Origin: Callorhinchus milii
Taxonomy: Eukaryota
Direction: 5' to 3'
DNA length: 64,000 nucleotides
NCBI RefSeq assembly: GCF_018977255.1
Contig: NW_024704742.1
Span: 45,262,001-45,326,000, forward strand
A program made the position numbers and the translations under genes. Each line of letters begins with the position of its first letter. Within the stretch, counting starts at the first letter, position 1. Shown here piece by piece: positions 51,881 through 64,000 of the stretch. The notes under the pieces were generated by a model that saw nothing but the letters and a program-made list of their open reading frames with translations, made no database searches and was not told the DNA's origin.

Positions 51881-52399
51881 AATTGTCATTCAAATACAAT
51901 GCCATATTCCCACAGCAGCTAAACAAGAACTCTTCATTATTTGCTATCAGGATCTGAAAGAAAGTCAGAGTGATACTGAAACGTGTTCAGGCTGAAGAAT
52001 TGTTTCTTGCTTTTTACAATAATGTAGCTGCTCTCGAGGACCTTGACCAAGTGGCCATTATTCATGGGTGAACCTTGACAGTGAATGTTGGCACGTGATT
52101 TAACTATGGAAAATGTTACAATCAAGCCTGACCTTGTCCTCACAAACTACCTTTGTTTTGGCGTTTTTACAAAAGTACGGAGAACAAGTGTGGTACTCCA
52201 AACTGCTGCCATGGTTAAATTCATCTAACTGAGTACAAGGGTGAGCAAATGTCTAACATACAGACAAAGGTATATAGATATCAAGAAGTAAGGGTGTTAA
52301 ACGTATTGGAGAAAAGGCTGACACATACCATGATCTAACAAAATCATGGAAAAGGCAGAAAGGCTGCATGGCTTCCTCATGCCCGTGTGTTTCCAGTGA

Positions 52400-54230
52400 T
52401 CACTTTTGGTGAATTTACTCACTAGGTTATTGAGAAGATTTCTTCCACATGCAATCACTAGTGAGCTCATCAGCCATTTTACTCTTTTTCCTGCAGCTTC
52501 TCTTTGAAGGTCATTTCAATTTCAGCATCTCCTGCAAGTTCTCAGCTGCTTTAAGAGCTGTGTTGAATCCATTACAGCACTTCTTTAGCTCAGCATGAGT
52601 GTTCTGCTTCAAGTCAATAGTACCTTTCAGATCATACTTGGGGACTAGCAAGGCTTATGAGATCTTGTTTATCATAGAAAACATCATGCCCACACAGTGA
52701 GCTGCAAAACAGTCTGTAATTTCTCGATATGGTAGTCAGCATATTGATGTCAGGCAGCAATTCACTGTTGGAACCAGTAAGACCTGTATTCAACATAGAG
52801 ATCATTGTGAGCTTCTGTGACACCTGGATGTTGTCAGTAGACAGTTCTGACAATATCAAATTGAGCACACCAGCATGTGTCAGACAGCCCTTTCAGAGTG
52901 TTTGACTGCAAATGGTATAGTGGCACCTCCCACCTTTTTGAAGAGAGTGAGAAGAGATTGTACCATTTCAGAACATCAAAGTGATGCACTGCCTCCACTG
53001 ATGTCTCTGCAGTATACATAACAATGAGGTCCCAGCTGAGAAGACAGCAGAGCACATAGAAATCCCAATTGTTTACACTGCAAAGCTGTCCGTGTACTTC
53101 CTTGCGTTGACCTCTTATACTAGCAGTGTTGCTGTTGCACCAGTTTATTCACTTTCGACATTGAGTACATAATGCTCAAGTTTTTCCGGAAGCAGTTGCA
53201 CTTGAACGCAACTGTGCACCTTGTGCAGACACAAATGCCAAGAATGCCTCCAACACTTCTATAGCACCTACAAATCAGAACAAACTTGTATGAAGATTTT
53301 GTGCATAGTAACTGATGCACTATCCATGAAAACATTAAACATTCAGCAATCTTCACATCAATACAATATTATTCCTTGTATACTCCCTGAGATCATTTCA
53401 GGAACTTACTTTGATATTAATCCATTTCCTAACTTGCACCAAGTGCTCTTTGAAGCCAGGGTAGTCTTTTATTAGCTATAGCTCATGAACCTGCAAGATA
53501 TTGCCATTATTTTACCTGCACAAGCTGTCACAAGGACTGTGTGAAATGACAAAAACAACAAAATTACATTTGTAAAGTGCCTTTCACATCAGGAGGACGT
53601 CCCAGGCGCTGGACAGAGAGTTACAGATCCAAGCTGGGTGTAAGAGTGGAGGAGGGTGGATGGCAGCGGGGAAGTAGGGAGATCGAAAGCACGGTCGAAG
53701 AGGAGGGTCTTGAATGTGGAGAGGGAGGGGGCGAGACAGAGGGACTGCGGGATGGAGTTCTAGAGGTTGGGGGCAGAGTGGCGGAAGGCCTGCCCACCAA
53801 CAGCAGGTTGGAGCCCCCTGAGCGGAGGATGAGAACAGGATGGTAGGGGGTTAGGAGGTCACAGAGGTAGAGAGGGAGTAACATCGTGGAGGGCTTTGAA
53901 GGTGAGGACCAGGATCTTGAACTGTATCCTCTGTGTGATGGGAAGCCAATGGATTTGGGCAAGGATGGGTGGGATAGGGTCACAGAGACGAGTGCGAACA
54001 AGTCCTTTTCACAAGATTTAGGCCTGTATGAAACCGCACAGAGTCCTGTAACACTGAGGGTTTGGTCCAAGCAGACATTGAATATCTTACTATATCTATA
54101 TCTATTTACATATATATAGTACCTTTCACGTTGGGAAAACATTTCGGTGTGCTTGAATCTGGTGTAATACATTCTCATGCTCTGCCAGTGGTCTTGTGAA
54201 TCTTCATAAAACTCTAAATCTAGTCAGATG
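52400..54230 (-). pseudogene. Fossil hAT transposase of the ZMYM1-like/DUF4371 type, interrupted by L2
   Basis: Motifs in correct order on minus strand: LAEHEN, GKNNGNILQV, KDYPGFKEHL, ISGSIQ, FNVFMDS, IRGQ, YNLFSLSSKRWE..LKGLSDTCW, GFNTALKAA, RKKSKMADE; many stops. Confidence 0.7.
53549..53987 (-). mobile_element. L2 3' fragment (type B) nested in the hAT relic
   Basis: tccattggcttcccatcacacagaggatacagttcaagatc; tail gggacgtcctcctgatgtgaaaggcactttacaaatgtaa. Confidence 0.88.
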
Positions 54231-54854
54231 AAATCACTAGATCACAACATAGGTTTAGATGAAGAAGACCCATTCAATCTCATCCTTCCACAATCTCCAC
54301 CCTCCTGTTCTCCATTACAACAACAAGCTGTATTGTTTTTTTAAGAAAATGAGTCACAGTCAATGGTAAGAGAAAACACCACTTATTGGCTTCAAATAAC
54401 ATGCAGGGAAAAAAATCCTTTGATCTGAAAAACAACAGTCAAGCCCTTTCAGCGTTCAAGCTTCAAACGGTATTTCTGTAGTATTAAGATGAAAATCACC
54501 TTCACCATTGTGGAAGATTTCAATATCCTTCTCTGTAAATTGAATTGGTAACTTTTGTACAAGCATAATTGGATAGCTTATATATCCCATGTAAATGATA
54601 TGTAAACCAAATGTCATTTACATATGGTGAATAATTGTGTCACCAAGATCTATTGTATGTAAATAGGCTGATTTTACACTGCAAAGTAATATTCATATTA
54701 CTTTCATTTTCTATTTATTTAAGTAACATTTATTTATCTTTCACTTGCTTCCAAGGTCATCTCTTCTCTCTCCATGATCTCTAGTAATTAATTTATCTGT
54801 AGAATATACTCTTCAGCATGTTGCCTAATTGTACTCCTGAGATAACCGGTAATG

Positions 54855-55530
54855 GCCTAGTTTAGTTGGTGGCACTCTCGCTTCTGAGTCCGAAGGTTGT
54901 GGGTTCAGCCCCAGGTTAGGACTTTGAATTCACAGCCTCAGCTGACACTCAAATGTAACAACAAGAAGTTACATTTGTATAACTCCTTTCACGTTGGGAG
55001 GGAGGATGTCCCAAGGCGCTGGACAGTCAGGGATTTGGGATCAGGAAGGGTAGAGGGCAGGGAGGGTAGGGGTAAAAGGGTGCCCGAAGGCACGGTCGTA
55101 GAGGAGGATCTTGAGACATGCCTTGAAGAAGACAAGGGAGGGTGCGAGGCAAAGGGACTGTGGGATGGAGTTCCAAAGGGTAGGGGCAAAGAGACTGAAG
55201 GCCCGACAGCCCATGTTGGGATGGTCCGGGCAGGGTACATGGAGCCTGTGGGGGAGGGGGCGTGGGTTGCGTTTTTGGAGGTGCCAACTTTCAGATGAGA
55301 CGTTAAACTGAGGCCCCATTTGCAAGTTCAGGTGGGCATTAAAGATCCCAAAGCACAATTCTCCCAGTGTCCTGTGCAACAAACCCCAAATAAAATTGGT
55401 CACTCACTTCATGGCTGGTTGATGAGTTTATCTACAGATACACAGTCACTGCAATCTACATAGTCCTGTGAAGGGTTTTGAAAGTCTCAACTACATGATG
55501 AAGCATTATATCAAATGCAACGATGATTAT
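54855..55530 (+). mobile_element. DeuSINE-like SINE split by an opposite-strand L2
   Basis: Head 54855-54955 (ttggtggcactctcgcttctgagtccgaaggttgtgggttc); core resumes ~55275 ggaggtgcc..cagatgagacgttaaactgaggcccc. Confidence 0.85.
54957..55270 (-). mobile_element. L2 3' fragment (type B)
   Basis: RAFSLFAPTLWNSIP..FKACLKILLYD; gggacatcctcctcccaacgtgaaagg tail. Confidence 0.85.
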
Positions 55531-57934
55531 AATAACTGGAATGATATCTGAAATGTTCAGTCACGGGCCACACTGTTTTCCTGAGTGTCCTCTTGTCATA
55601 AATATTCCATGCTGAGACTATTTATTTTCATGACATTTGAATCAGATACATTTGTCCTTCACAGAGCTTCCCGTTGGAACTCAATCCATTTCTACCATTT
55701 GTATTCCCTGATGTAATGTGCAGTAAATGTTACATTTCACAGAATCCATAAAGATGGGTGAACTTCAGCAATATTAGCACGTGATGGAAAATTGCAATGT
55801 AAGTGAGTAGAAATTCCACCTGGGTCTGGATTCACTCTATGAACATAACATTTTGGAATGCCCACAATTTGTCAAATTCTTAAATGCAGTCTATAATTTT
55901 GAAGCTGTTTTATTTGCAAATGTTTTAAAGATCTACAGCAAAACAGCCTTGAAGTTAAATATGAATACAACAATTTGCCAAATTCTGGACATTTTGAAAT
56001 GTTGCATTAATAGAGTAATATTGACACTGGTAAAATTGTGCCCCAGTGATGGGATAATTAACACTAATGCCAGTGTCTTAATTACTGACTATTAGTCCAC
56101 CAGTCCTTGGTGTGACCAGCCCCCTCCCCCAACTCTAACATAGTGATTAAGCCCAAGGTCCATCGAGCCACATATTGGATCATGATCCAGGGAATGTGAG
56201 ATTGAAATGCAAATTAGCATCATAGTTTAAATCAGTCTTTTTTTTTGTAGGGTTGAAATAAGTTGGTATTCCGCTTGTTGGCAATCCAATGGCAAACTCT
56301 GCAGTCAACTGCAAGGTGCAAAAGGCTTCAGGCCAAACTACTGTTGCAGAGTCAGAAGGGGTATCATACCTATGGATGAGACAGAAAGTAAGGCATCATC
56401 TGATTGCCTTTTCAACAATGCATTCATTAACACATCAAAGGTTGCAATTTTCACCCCCAATGTGTAATTTACATATGGTGCATAATTTTGTACTATATTT
56501 TACACTAAAATCTATTGTATTTGCATATGGTGCATAATGAATATGATACCTGGATAAATATGCCAAACAAATTAATTTTCATTGACATATTCTGACAACT
56601 ATAGAATTTGAAACTTGCCTGAATCATAGTGACTTTAACCTATCAGTTCAAGTGTGACTCAGAATGTCAGCGGAGCCCTCAACATACTATTTGGTATTTA
56701 AATATTCTTTGCATTTGCACTTATAATGTGATTCAATTCGACTGGGTGTAGCTCCTCCTGACCAATTGTCTAAGTTCATATTTTCAGATGCTTTGTCATA
56801 GATGCTTTGTTACCACATTAAGCAAAGAACATAACATTTAAACTATTACTAACACCACTATTAACTATTAACATCACAACTATTTTTGTCATGACCCCTA
56901 GTACTGCAATAACATGTTGTGAATATTGCAAACTATTGGACACTGGCACTGAAGTTTCTTTCAAGTAAAATAAAGTTGAAATAGATACTTGAAATATAAA
57001 AGATTTGTATTTCCCAAACTAGCCACTCGAATATGTTTCAGCAGAAAAAGCTTGTGCAGCAGATGCAAATTCATGCAGAACGCATTGATCCTCAATTAAT
57101 TTCTTGGTCTTTGGTGAGTTAACTGTTCTCTGTCAGGAGGCACTATATTTGGCATCACAGGCAAGGTTAGCCCGTGACTTTCTGTGGAAGTGTATATGTG
57201 TGTGCGTGTATTTGTATTTTGATGCAATATATCAAATGCAAGGATTATTGTTATTTATTTTTATGACATTGGATGGGAAGGCCAGGTTGAGTTTTATATG
57301 TGATGCCCACATGATCAAACATCTTGCTAATACCATTTTTCAGGCTCATCTGTAAAGAATATGCACTTGCGTGAGGAATAGCTGACACCTTTGTTACTCC
57401 ACCCTAGCACAAGTCACTGGGAGTTAACTTACTCTGATCACTACAACTGTTTCCTCCATGTCTTAATAATAGAAATCCCCAACCATCATTATTTTGTTTA
57501 ATCTAATTTGACTGTTCATTTCAAGGGGAAAATTCCAACATGATCTAAATTTACTGTATAAACAAAATATTTCAGAGCATCCGGAATTTGGGAAGTTTTT
57601 CAATTCAGTCTTAAATTTGAAACCAGTTTTCCTTCATTTTGAAAAAAAATACAGAAAATCGAGTTCAAAATTAAGATTGTATTTAGGATTTTTTTTTCAA
57701 ATTCTACATGCTCTCAATTGCTCCTAATAGAATAAATCTAGACTCAGGTAGAATTTAAAAATGTTGGCAGGACATTGCTGATGCAAATTGGTTCCACACC
57801 TGCGTACACTGTTGTACATTAATTACATTAGTTATTTATTTACAGATCAACACCTCTTTATCAATCATGCCATTAATTTATAAAAATAAAAATCCTTAGA
57901 ATTTTTTATTGTGGATTGTTGGTCAGGACAACGA

Positions 57935-58161
57935 AACAACAACAACAACAACAACAAGATTCCATTTATAAAGCGCCTTTCACGTCAGGAGGACGTCCCA
58001 AGGCGCTGCACAGTTGGGTCATGACCCGAGCAGGGGGGAAATGGTCAGGGTGAGGGAAGGGAGGGAGCAAGGAGGGGGGAAATGGTCAGGGTGAGGGGAG
58101 GGAAGGGAGGGAGCGAGGAGGGGGAAGAGAGTCGAGAGGGGAGCTGAAGGCACGGTCAAAG
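57935..58161 (-). mobile_element. Young L2 3' tail (type B) with (CAA)n and a G-rich internal duplication, nested in a DeuSINE
   Basis: (aac)7, gggacgtcctcctgacgtgaaaggcgctttataaatgg; 41/46-bp tandem duplication at 58032-58118. Confidence 0.85.
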
Positions 58162-59051
58162 AGAAAGAAACTCTTCTCTTTTTGAATAGTGCCATGGGAT
58201 TTTTAGCAGCCACCTGAACAAGTAGAAGCGACTTAACATCTCATCTGAAGGAAGACACCTCCAACAGTGCACTGAAGTATCACTATAAGTTATATGAATT
58301 GAAAGTCCCAATGTGGGGCTTGAACGAACCACCTTCTGACTCAGAAGCAAGAGTGCTATTATAATGAGGATGGTAGGCCACCTAACCATGTATGAAGGCT
58401 AAAATAGATAAATAAAAAGCAGAGCAAGCAGCAAACCTGCTAGACATATCAGAGACGAACAACATTGATAAAGAGGCAAGATAACATGCTAAAACACACA
58501 AATTGCAACCATAAGATTGAAAGCAGGATTCTAGGTCGTGCTTAAATGGACAAATACGTTGAAAAATAAACCACTTAATGAGGCAATGCCTAAGAAGATA
58601 AAGCACTAAGATACGTAAGAAATTACGATACGCTTAAGTAACTGCAGCCTAGAAATACTATGTACATGAGACAGAATGCAAGCTGATACCACTTCCTATG
58701 CTGAGACTGTATAAGGCTTAGCAAAAAGGTAACAGACAGGAGTCCTTGGAGCAAAGGTTCAGAGAGCATTGAGATCTTGTAATCAGCCTGCCTTGACTCC
58801 AGGCAGCCAACAGCCCAATTCTCCTGAGGTACACATTGTCGTTTGCTAAAGCTCAGAACAATATGTAAGTGTATGCATTTTATCAGCTGTAACACTAACA
58901 AAGCATATAATAAATGTATGTGGTTGAAATTCTAATTGTGTGTTTTGGGGAATTTTTACGGAATATAATCATAGAGCATTAAGTTGCACTCGAGCCTGTG
59001 CATGAAGACAACCTGAGTATCGTGACATTCCCAAGTGAACCAGCCTGACAC
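58162..59051 (-). mobile_element. DeuSINE-like SINE whose head is split by a ~670-bp insert
   Basis: Core 58162-58359 ends ..gactcagaagcaagagtgcta; head remainder ccaagtgaaccagcctgacac at 59031-59051. Confidence 0.7.
58360..59027 (+). mobile_element. Probable solo LTR
   Basis: Splits a SINE head; ends ..tcgtgaca, starts tataatga (degenerate TG..CA inverted ends); tataag 58710, aataaa 58909; no ORF. Confidence 0.5.
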
Positions 59052-60267
59052 ACACAAGTCTCCATTTCCCTTACAATTCCACCCCACCAACACTCATATC
59101 GCTAGTATTTAAAGAGAAGTGTGGAGTATTTCTATTACACTGGCTCATGTTGCCTCCTCATCCAAATTCACCCAAAAAATTCAAATTAATTCGCTACTTA
59201 TCTCATTGTTGTTGGTAAGGCATTGCAAGGCTCAAATTAGTTCCCTTGTTTGCCTACATAACAACATTTCACTTCATTTCTAATTAATCTTGTTCAGTAA
59301 AGCACCTTTGAGACATTTCTTTTATGTGAAAGGCACTTGTTACTCTAGCGAAAGATTTTTTGGCGATCATCTTAAGTAAGATTCAGGAGAGGATGTGGGA
59401 GCAAGAAATTTTTTTAAAAAAAAGACATCTGGAGGAACTAATACCTTTAACCAATTTCCAGACAATTATATCTTTGCACAGCAAAATTTTATCTTGTTAA
59501 AGGAGCTGGGGAGATTTTTGTTTTGGTTCAGTTCCTACTTTATCCAAGCGCCCACTCTGAAACCTAATTTCCATAGGACAATATTGATTTGCTTCAGCAG
59601 ATGTGGTTTCTGCAATGTCCCTACTGGAAGTATTTTTTTAAAGAAACTCTTCTGGCATAACCATGGCTGATGATATGATAAGATGAATAAATGTATCATA
59701 GGTTGGGTAATGTATACCTCATGTTTTCAAACTTGGCACAAAATATTTTAGCAGGACAAGTAAGCTTCAAGAAAAATATATGTCAAAAAGGTTTGACAGT
59801 ATTCCAGGCAGAATGAACTTTCATGATGATCAATTATTCTCGCTGCATATCCATATGGGGCAGGTCTCAATTAATACAGATAATCAGCTCTTACTGTAGA
59901 TTCAGGGCATAAACCCACTACCTTCTGACTCAGAAGAGAATGCTTTCAACTCAGCCAAAATGGTTAAGAATGTCTATTAACATGAAACAATTATGCTTTG
60001 AAACACCTTAAGATGAACCAGTAAAGTAAATACAAAATATTCAGTCACTACACTGTACAGTAAATCCTACTTGGACTTGGACATGGCTCAACAATGTGAT
60101 AAGGTGTCATATCAGATTCAAGGATTATTATTAATTACTTGGCATAAAATAGCATTTTCCTCCTTTAAAAGTGCTGAAGAGAAGTTACATGCCTCCCTGC
60201 ATGAAATCTAGCAAACAAGATATTGTAATCACAGTGAAGGATACTCTGGACTCTTGGCACATAAATG

Positions 60268-60490
60268 ATAATAATAATAATAATAATAGTAATAATCCTT
60301 GCATTTGATATAGTGCTTTTTTACATCTTCTAGACGTCTCAAAGCGATTCATAGAATATACTGTAAAGTGAATTGACTGTACATTTGTGGGCGAAACGTG
60401 GCAGCCAATTGTGCACAGCAGTGTCCCACAAACAGTCCTGGACTGAAGTAACCAATTTATTGTTGTTTTTTTTCTTGAGGGATTATTACT
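60268..60490 (-). mobile_element. tRNA-like SINE 3' half
   Basis: Nearly identical to 15649-15850, (aat)n tail. Confidence 0.88.
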
Positions 60491-60934
60491 TGATGGACAG
60501 ATAATTCACGATTTCTGACTAAATCCCAGTACATTTGATAAATAATGATGAGAAATTATTTCTGACGCACAGAATGTATCTTACAGACAACTTTTGCAAC
60601 TCGTGAAAAAAGACTGAAGTTGAAAAACAGTGTTGGTTTATGATGAGTCCTATCTCAGTGGTTTCCTTTTACTGTACACATTCTCTCCCACTGCAGTTTC
60701 AGTTTTTAGACTGACCACCAACACATGCGCATTACCTAAATCATTGCTACCATTGTAAATTCAAACAGATACCATGAGCAGCACCAGCTGCTGCTCCCAC
60801 CGCTAATAAAGTACTGTTTATATAACATTTATATCCCCAGGATCCTCTCCTCCTCCACGCTGTCCTTTCTCCTCGTTTAAAGGTTTTTAAAACTTAAGTT
60901 TAGTATTGCTAAAATGAGTGATGTTTTAATTATA

Positions 60935-61350
60935 TTCAGCTGGGCTCAGTTGGTAGCACTCTAGCCTCAGAATCCGAATGTTGTGGGATTCAACCCACGT
61001 CAGGACTTTGAGCCCATTGTCTTTGGGAGAGTGGTGCAGTGCTAAGTGAGCATTGCATTCTTGGAGATGCCATCCCTTGGATGAGACATAAAAACAACAT
61101 CCTGTCTGCCTGTTGAGGGGGTCATTAAAGATCCCATGAGAAGGGAGTTTCTCCCAGTGTCAGGCCAACAATCCATCATATAAAATTAGTCATTTCACTT
61201 TGTAGCTATTTGTGGTGCATTACTGCGCTTAAATTGGCTGCTGCATTTGCTCATAAATACAGTCACTACACTTCTCAGTAAATTCTATGAAATTCTTTGA
61301 GACATTCTCTCAATGTGAAAGCCACTGCAGGAAATACAAGGACTATTCTA
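60935..61350 (+). mobile_element. DeuSINE-like SINE, full length
   Basis: cagctgggctcagttggtagcactctagcctcag head; ggatgagacat..aaagatcccatg core; aaattggctgctgc tail. Confidence 0.85.
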
Positions 61351-61399
61351 TCTTGTTTTCTCATATTCTCTTGAATTACTGTACTTTTATGCACTAGGA

Positions 61400-61620
61400 C
61401 AGAGATGGTCAATCCGTGGTCGGAAGTGGCTTGTGGGAGCGATCAAGAAGCGGCTTGCGGAACATTCGCACTAGTCTCAGTGAGTCTGTTTTGATACAAT
61501 AGTGTGTTTCCAGTTTTTCTTGATTGAATATTTCCTGGTTTATGGCATATATCAAGAAATATTCAATCAAGAACATTTATTTTGCTGGCCAAGTAAAATG
61601 GTTGGCTTTTTGGTCCTGTT
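61400..61620. mobile_element. hAT-type MITE related to 33473-33621, with internal palindrome
   Basis: Starts cagagatggtcaa; 61538-61585 matches the reverse complement of 33501-33551. Confidence 0.6.
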
Positions 61621-61675
61621 CTTATTAATGCTCCACCTCATTCTAACAATATTTGCTGTAGATAATCTGTGTACT

Positions 61676-61870
61676 ACAACAACAACAATAACTTGCACTT
61701 ATATAGCACCCTCCACAATAATAATAATAATAATAATAATAATCCTTGCATTTCATATAGCGCTTTTCACATCGGGAGGACGTCCCAAAGCATCTCATGT
61801 AAGGCATTTCAGAGCACTTAACAATGGCGGAGCCTGACTCCAAGACGTGGAGGTGGGGTGACAATGAGCA
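61676..61870 (-). mobile_element. L2 type-A tail with a nested ~78-bp (AAT)n-tailed insert
   Basis: Type A tail interrupted at 61716 and resumed at ~61795. Confidence 0.75.
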
Positions 61871-61884
61871 CCCTCGTTTGAGCA

Positions 61885-63320
61885 CCTCACCCTCAAGTCC
61901 CCCTTCTTTCCCTGGCCGACACTGTCAACCAGTCTTTCTCTGCAGGCTCTGTTCCACTCCCCCTGAAAACTGCTGTCATCACACCCCTCCTCAAAAACCC
62001 ACCCTCGTTCGCTCTAATCTCTCACACTATCATCCTGTTTCCAACCTACCCTTCCTTGCCAAAGTCCTGGAACGCATTGTTGTAGGTCAACTTCAGTCAC
62101 ACCTCTCCCTCCAATCCCTCCTCGAGTCACTGCAGTCTGGTTTTTGCCCTGCCCACAGCACAGAAACAGCGCTTGTCAAAGTCACAGACAATATTCTCTC
62201 TATCTGTGACCAGGACTGCCTCTACCTCCTCATCCTCCTGGATCTCTCTGCTGGTTCGACACAGTCGACCACACCATCCTCCTCCATCGGCTCTCCTCCT
62301 TCATCTACCTCAATGGGACCGCACTCGCATGGTTTGAGTCCTACTTAACCAACCGCCTCCATTTCATCTCAGCAAATGTTTTCTCATCCTGCCTCCGCCC
62401 AGTCACCTGCAGGGTACCCCAGGCCTCCATCTTTGAACTTTTTATTTTCCTTATCTTTATGCTCCCTCTGGGTGATTTCATCTGCAGACACAGGGTAAAC
62501 TTATGCATGTATGCGGATGACACATAGGTCCAACGATGTTCTATCAGCTTGTCTGGCAGACACCAAAGCTTGGATAGGTGTAAACTTCCTGTGTTGAATA
62601 TCGACATGAAGTAAGGAATATAGACATACTCCTTGGCTCTTGTCAACGTCTTCATTCCTGCGGATCTAAACTCCTCAACCTCCCTGGGCTCTCCCTCAGA
62701 CTCACGGAACCACTGCACAATTTAAGTGTCTGGTTGGACTCCCAGTTGTGCTTCCTTCCCCACATCCGGTTCCTGACCAGGACCATCTCCTTCCACCTCC
62801 GCCACATTGCCCGCCTCTGACTGTACCTTACCCCAAATGCAACTGAAACCCTTGTGCATGTTTGTGTCACCTCCCGCTTGGATTACTCCAACATGCTCCA
62901 CGCCAATCTCTCCAGCTGCATGATTCACAAGATCCAGCTCATTCAAAACTCTGCCACTGGCTCACTGACCCGGACTACACATCGTATCCACCTCTCATCC
63001 TCAGTTCTGGCCAGGCTCCACCGGCTCCGCATGACCGAATGGATCAATTTCAAGATCTTCAAACTCGTGTTCAAATCCATTGATTCCCTGGCACCTCCCT
63101 CCATCTCCGATCTCCTCACTCCCCAATCCACCACCCGGGGCTCCGCTCGCCTGGCACTGGCCTCCTGCTCGTTGCTCACACCCTCTGCCCCACCATCGGA
63201 TGTCGCACTTTCAGCCACTACCACCACAACTCTGACACTCTCCCTCAATCCCTCCTCCTTGCCCCCTCTCTCCCCTCTTTCAAGTCCTGCCTGAAAACTT
63301 TCCTCTTTGACCGTACTTAC
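61885..63320 (+). mobile_element. L2 LINE RT-containing fragment
   Basis: YHPVSNLPFLAKVLERIV, QSGFCPAHSTETAL, MYADDT, TSRLDYSN, INFKIFKLVFKS; stops and frameshifts. Confidence 0.92.
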
Positions 63321-63344
63321 GGCAACCTTGCAACTAAGGTTGAC

Positions 63345-63690
63345 TAAGCTGACACTCCAATGCAACGCTGGGAGTTTGTTGAATTGTTGAAGGTGCTGTC
63401 CTTTGGGTGTGACATTAAACCAAGGTACCATTTGCCTGTTCAAATGGATGTTAAAAGATTCCATGGGACTATTTGAAAAGAGAATGGATTTTTTCCAGGT
63501 CAATAATTCCCCAAATAAAATTGGTCATTCACTCCATCACTGTTTGTGGGACCCTGTTGTAAGCAAAACTGTCTGCCACATTTTACCCGCAAAATGCAGT
63601 CGGTCCACTTTACAGTATATCCTGTGAAGTGCTTTGAGACATCCCAACGACGTGGTAAGGTGCAATGTCAAATAGAAGCACTATTATTAC
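63345..63690 (+). mobile_element. DeuSINE-like SINE (head truncated)
   Basis: gctgacactccaatgc..gacattaaaccaagg..aaaagattccatgggactatttg; tail. Confidence 0.8.
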
Positions 63691-64000
63691 TAAGGGTGGA
63701 AAACCATTACTGTGCATTACTTTCCCTTTAAAATGTTCTCTTTGTAACAAGAAAAATTTCAAATAGAACACTATATAAGTTGAAAAAAAACAGTTGTGCC
63801 AAAAATCTTAAAATTCTAATTCAATTCAAAAACACACAGACAAGATCAAAGCTAGACAGTCTTCATTGGCTACTAATAACGTGTCAACCAAGAAATGATG
63901 GATAACTGAATTATTTTGTTTGAACTCTCACAAAGACATAAATGCTGAGGTAACAACAAAATGTCCTATCATGCAAATCTGTCACATACCGCAGCAGATT

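Overview
Eukaryotic, AT-rich, repeat-dense DNA from an intron or gene desert. I can support no intact protein-coding gene, structural RNA gene or CRISPR array. The repeats point to a cartilaginous fish, probably a holocephalan such as Callorhinchus (inference from recalled consensus sequences, not a search). They comprise L2-clade LINE fragments with (TTG)n tails, CR1 LINEs, SacSINE1/DeuSINE-like SINEs and a tRNA-Ala-like SINE sharing the L2 3' tail. Almost all longer ORFs in the track are decayed L2/CR1 reverse-transcriptase pieces or their antisense frames. Beyond these I see: (i) an unclassified, old ~400-bp dispersed repeat in five copies, two of them split by later LINE insertions; (ii) a fossil ZMYM1-like hAT transposase at ~52.4-54.2 kb; (iii) faint Gypsy gag/pol relics and a probable solo LTR; (iv) hAT-type MITEs, one with an internal palindrome; (v) a near-perfect 59-nt hairpin at 7033-7091; (vi) several unique motif-rich blocks that may be conserved enhancers. 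I did not find a complete novel multi-gene system. Repeat boundaries were read by eye and are approximate (about +/-20-50 bp).
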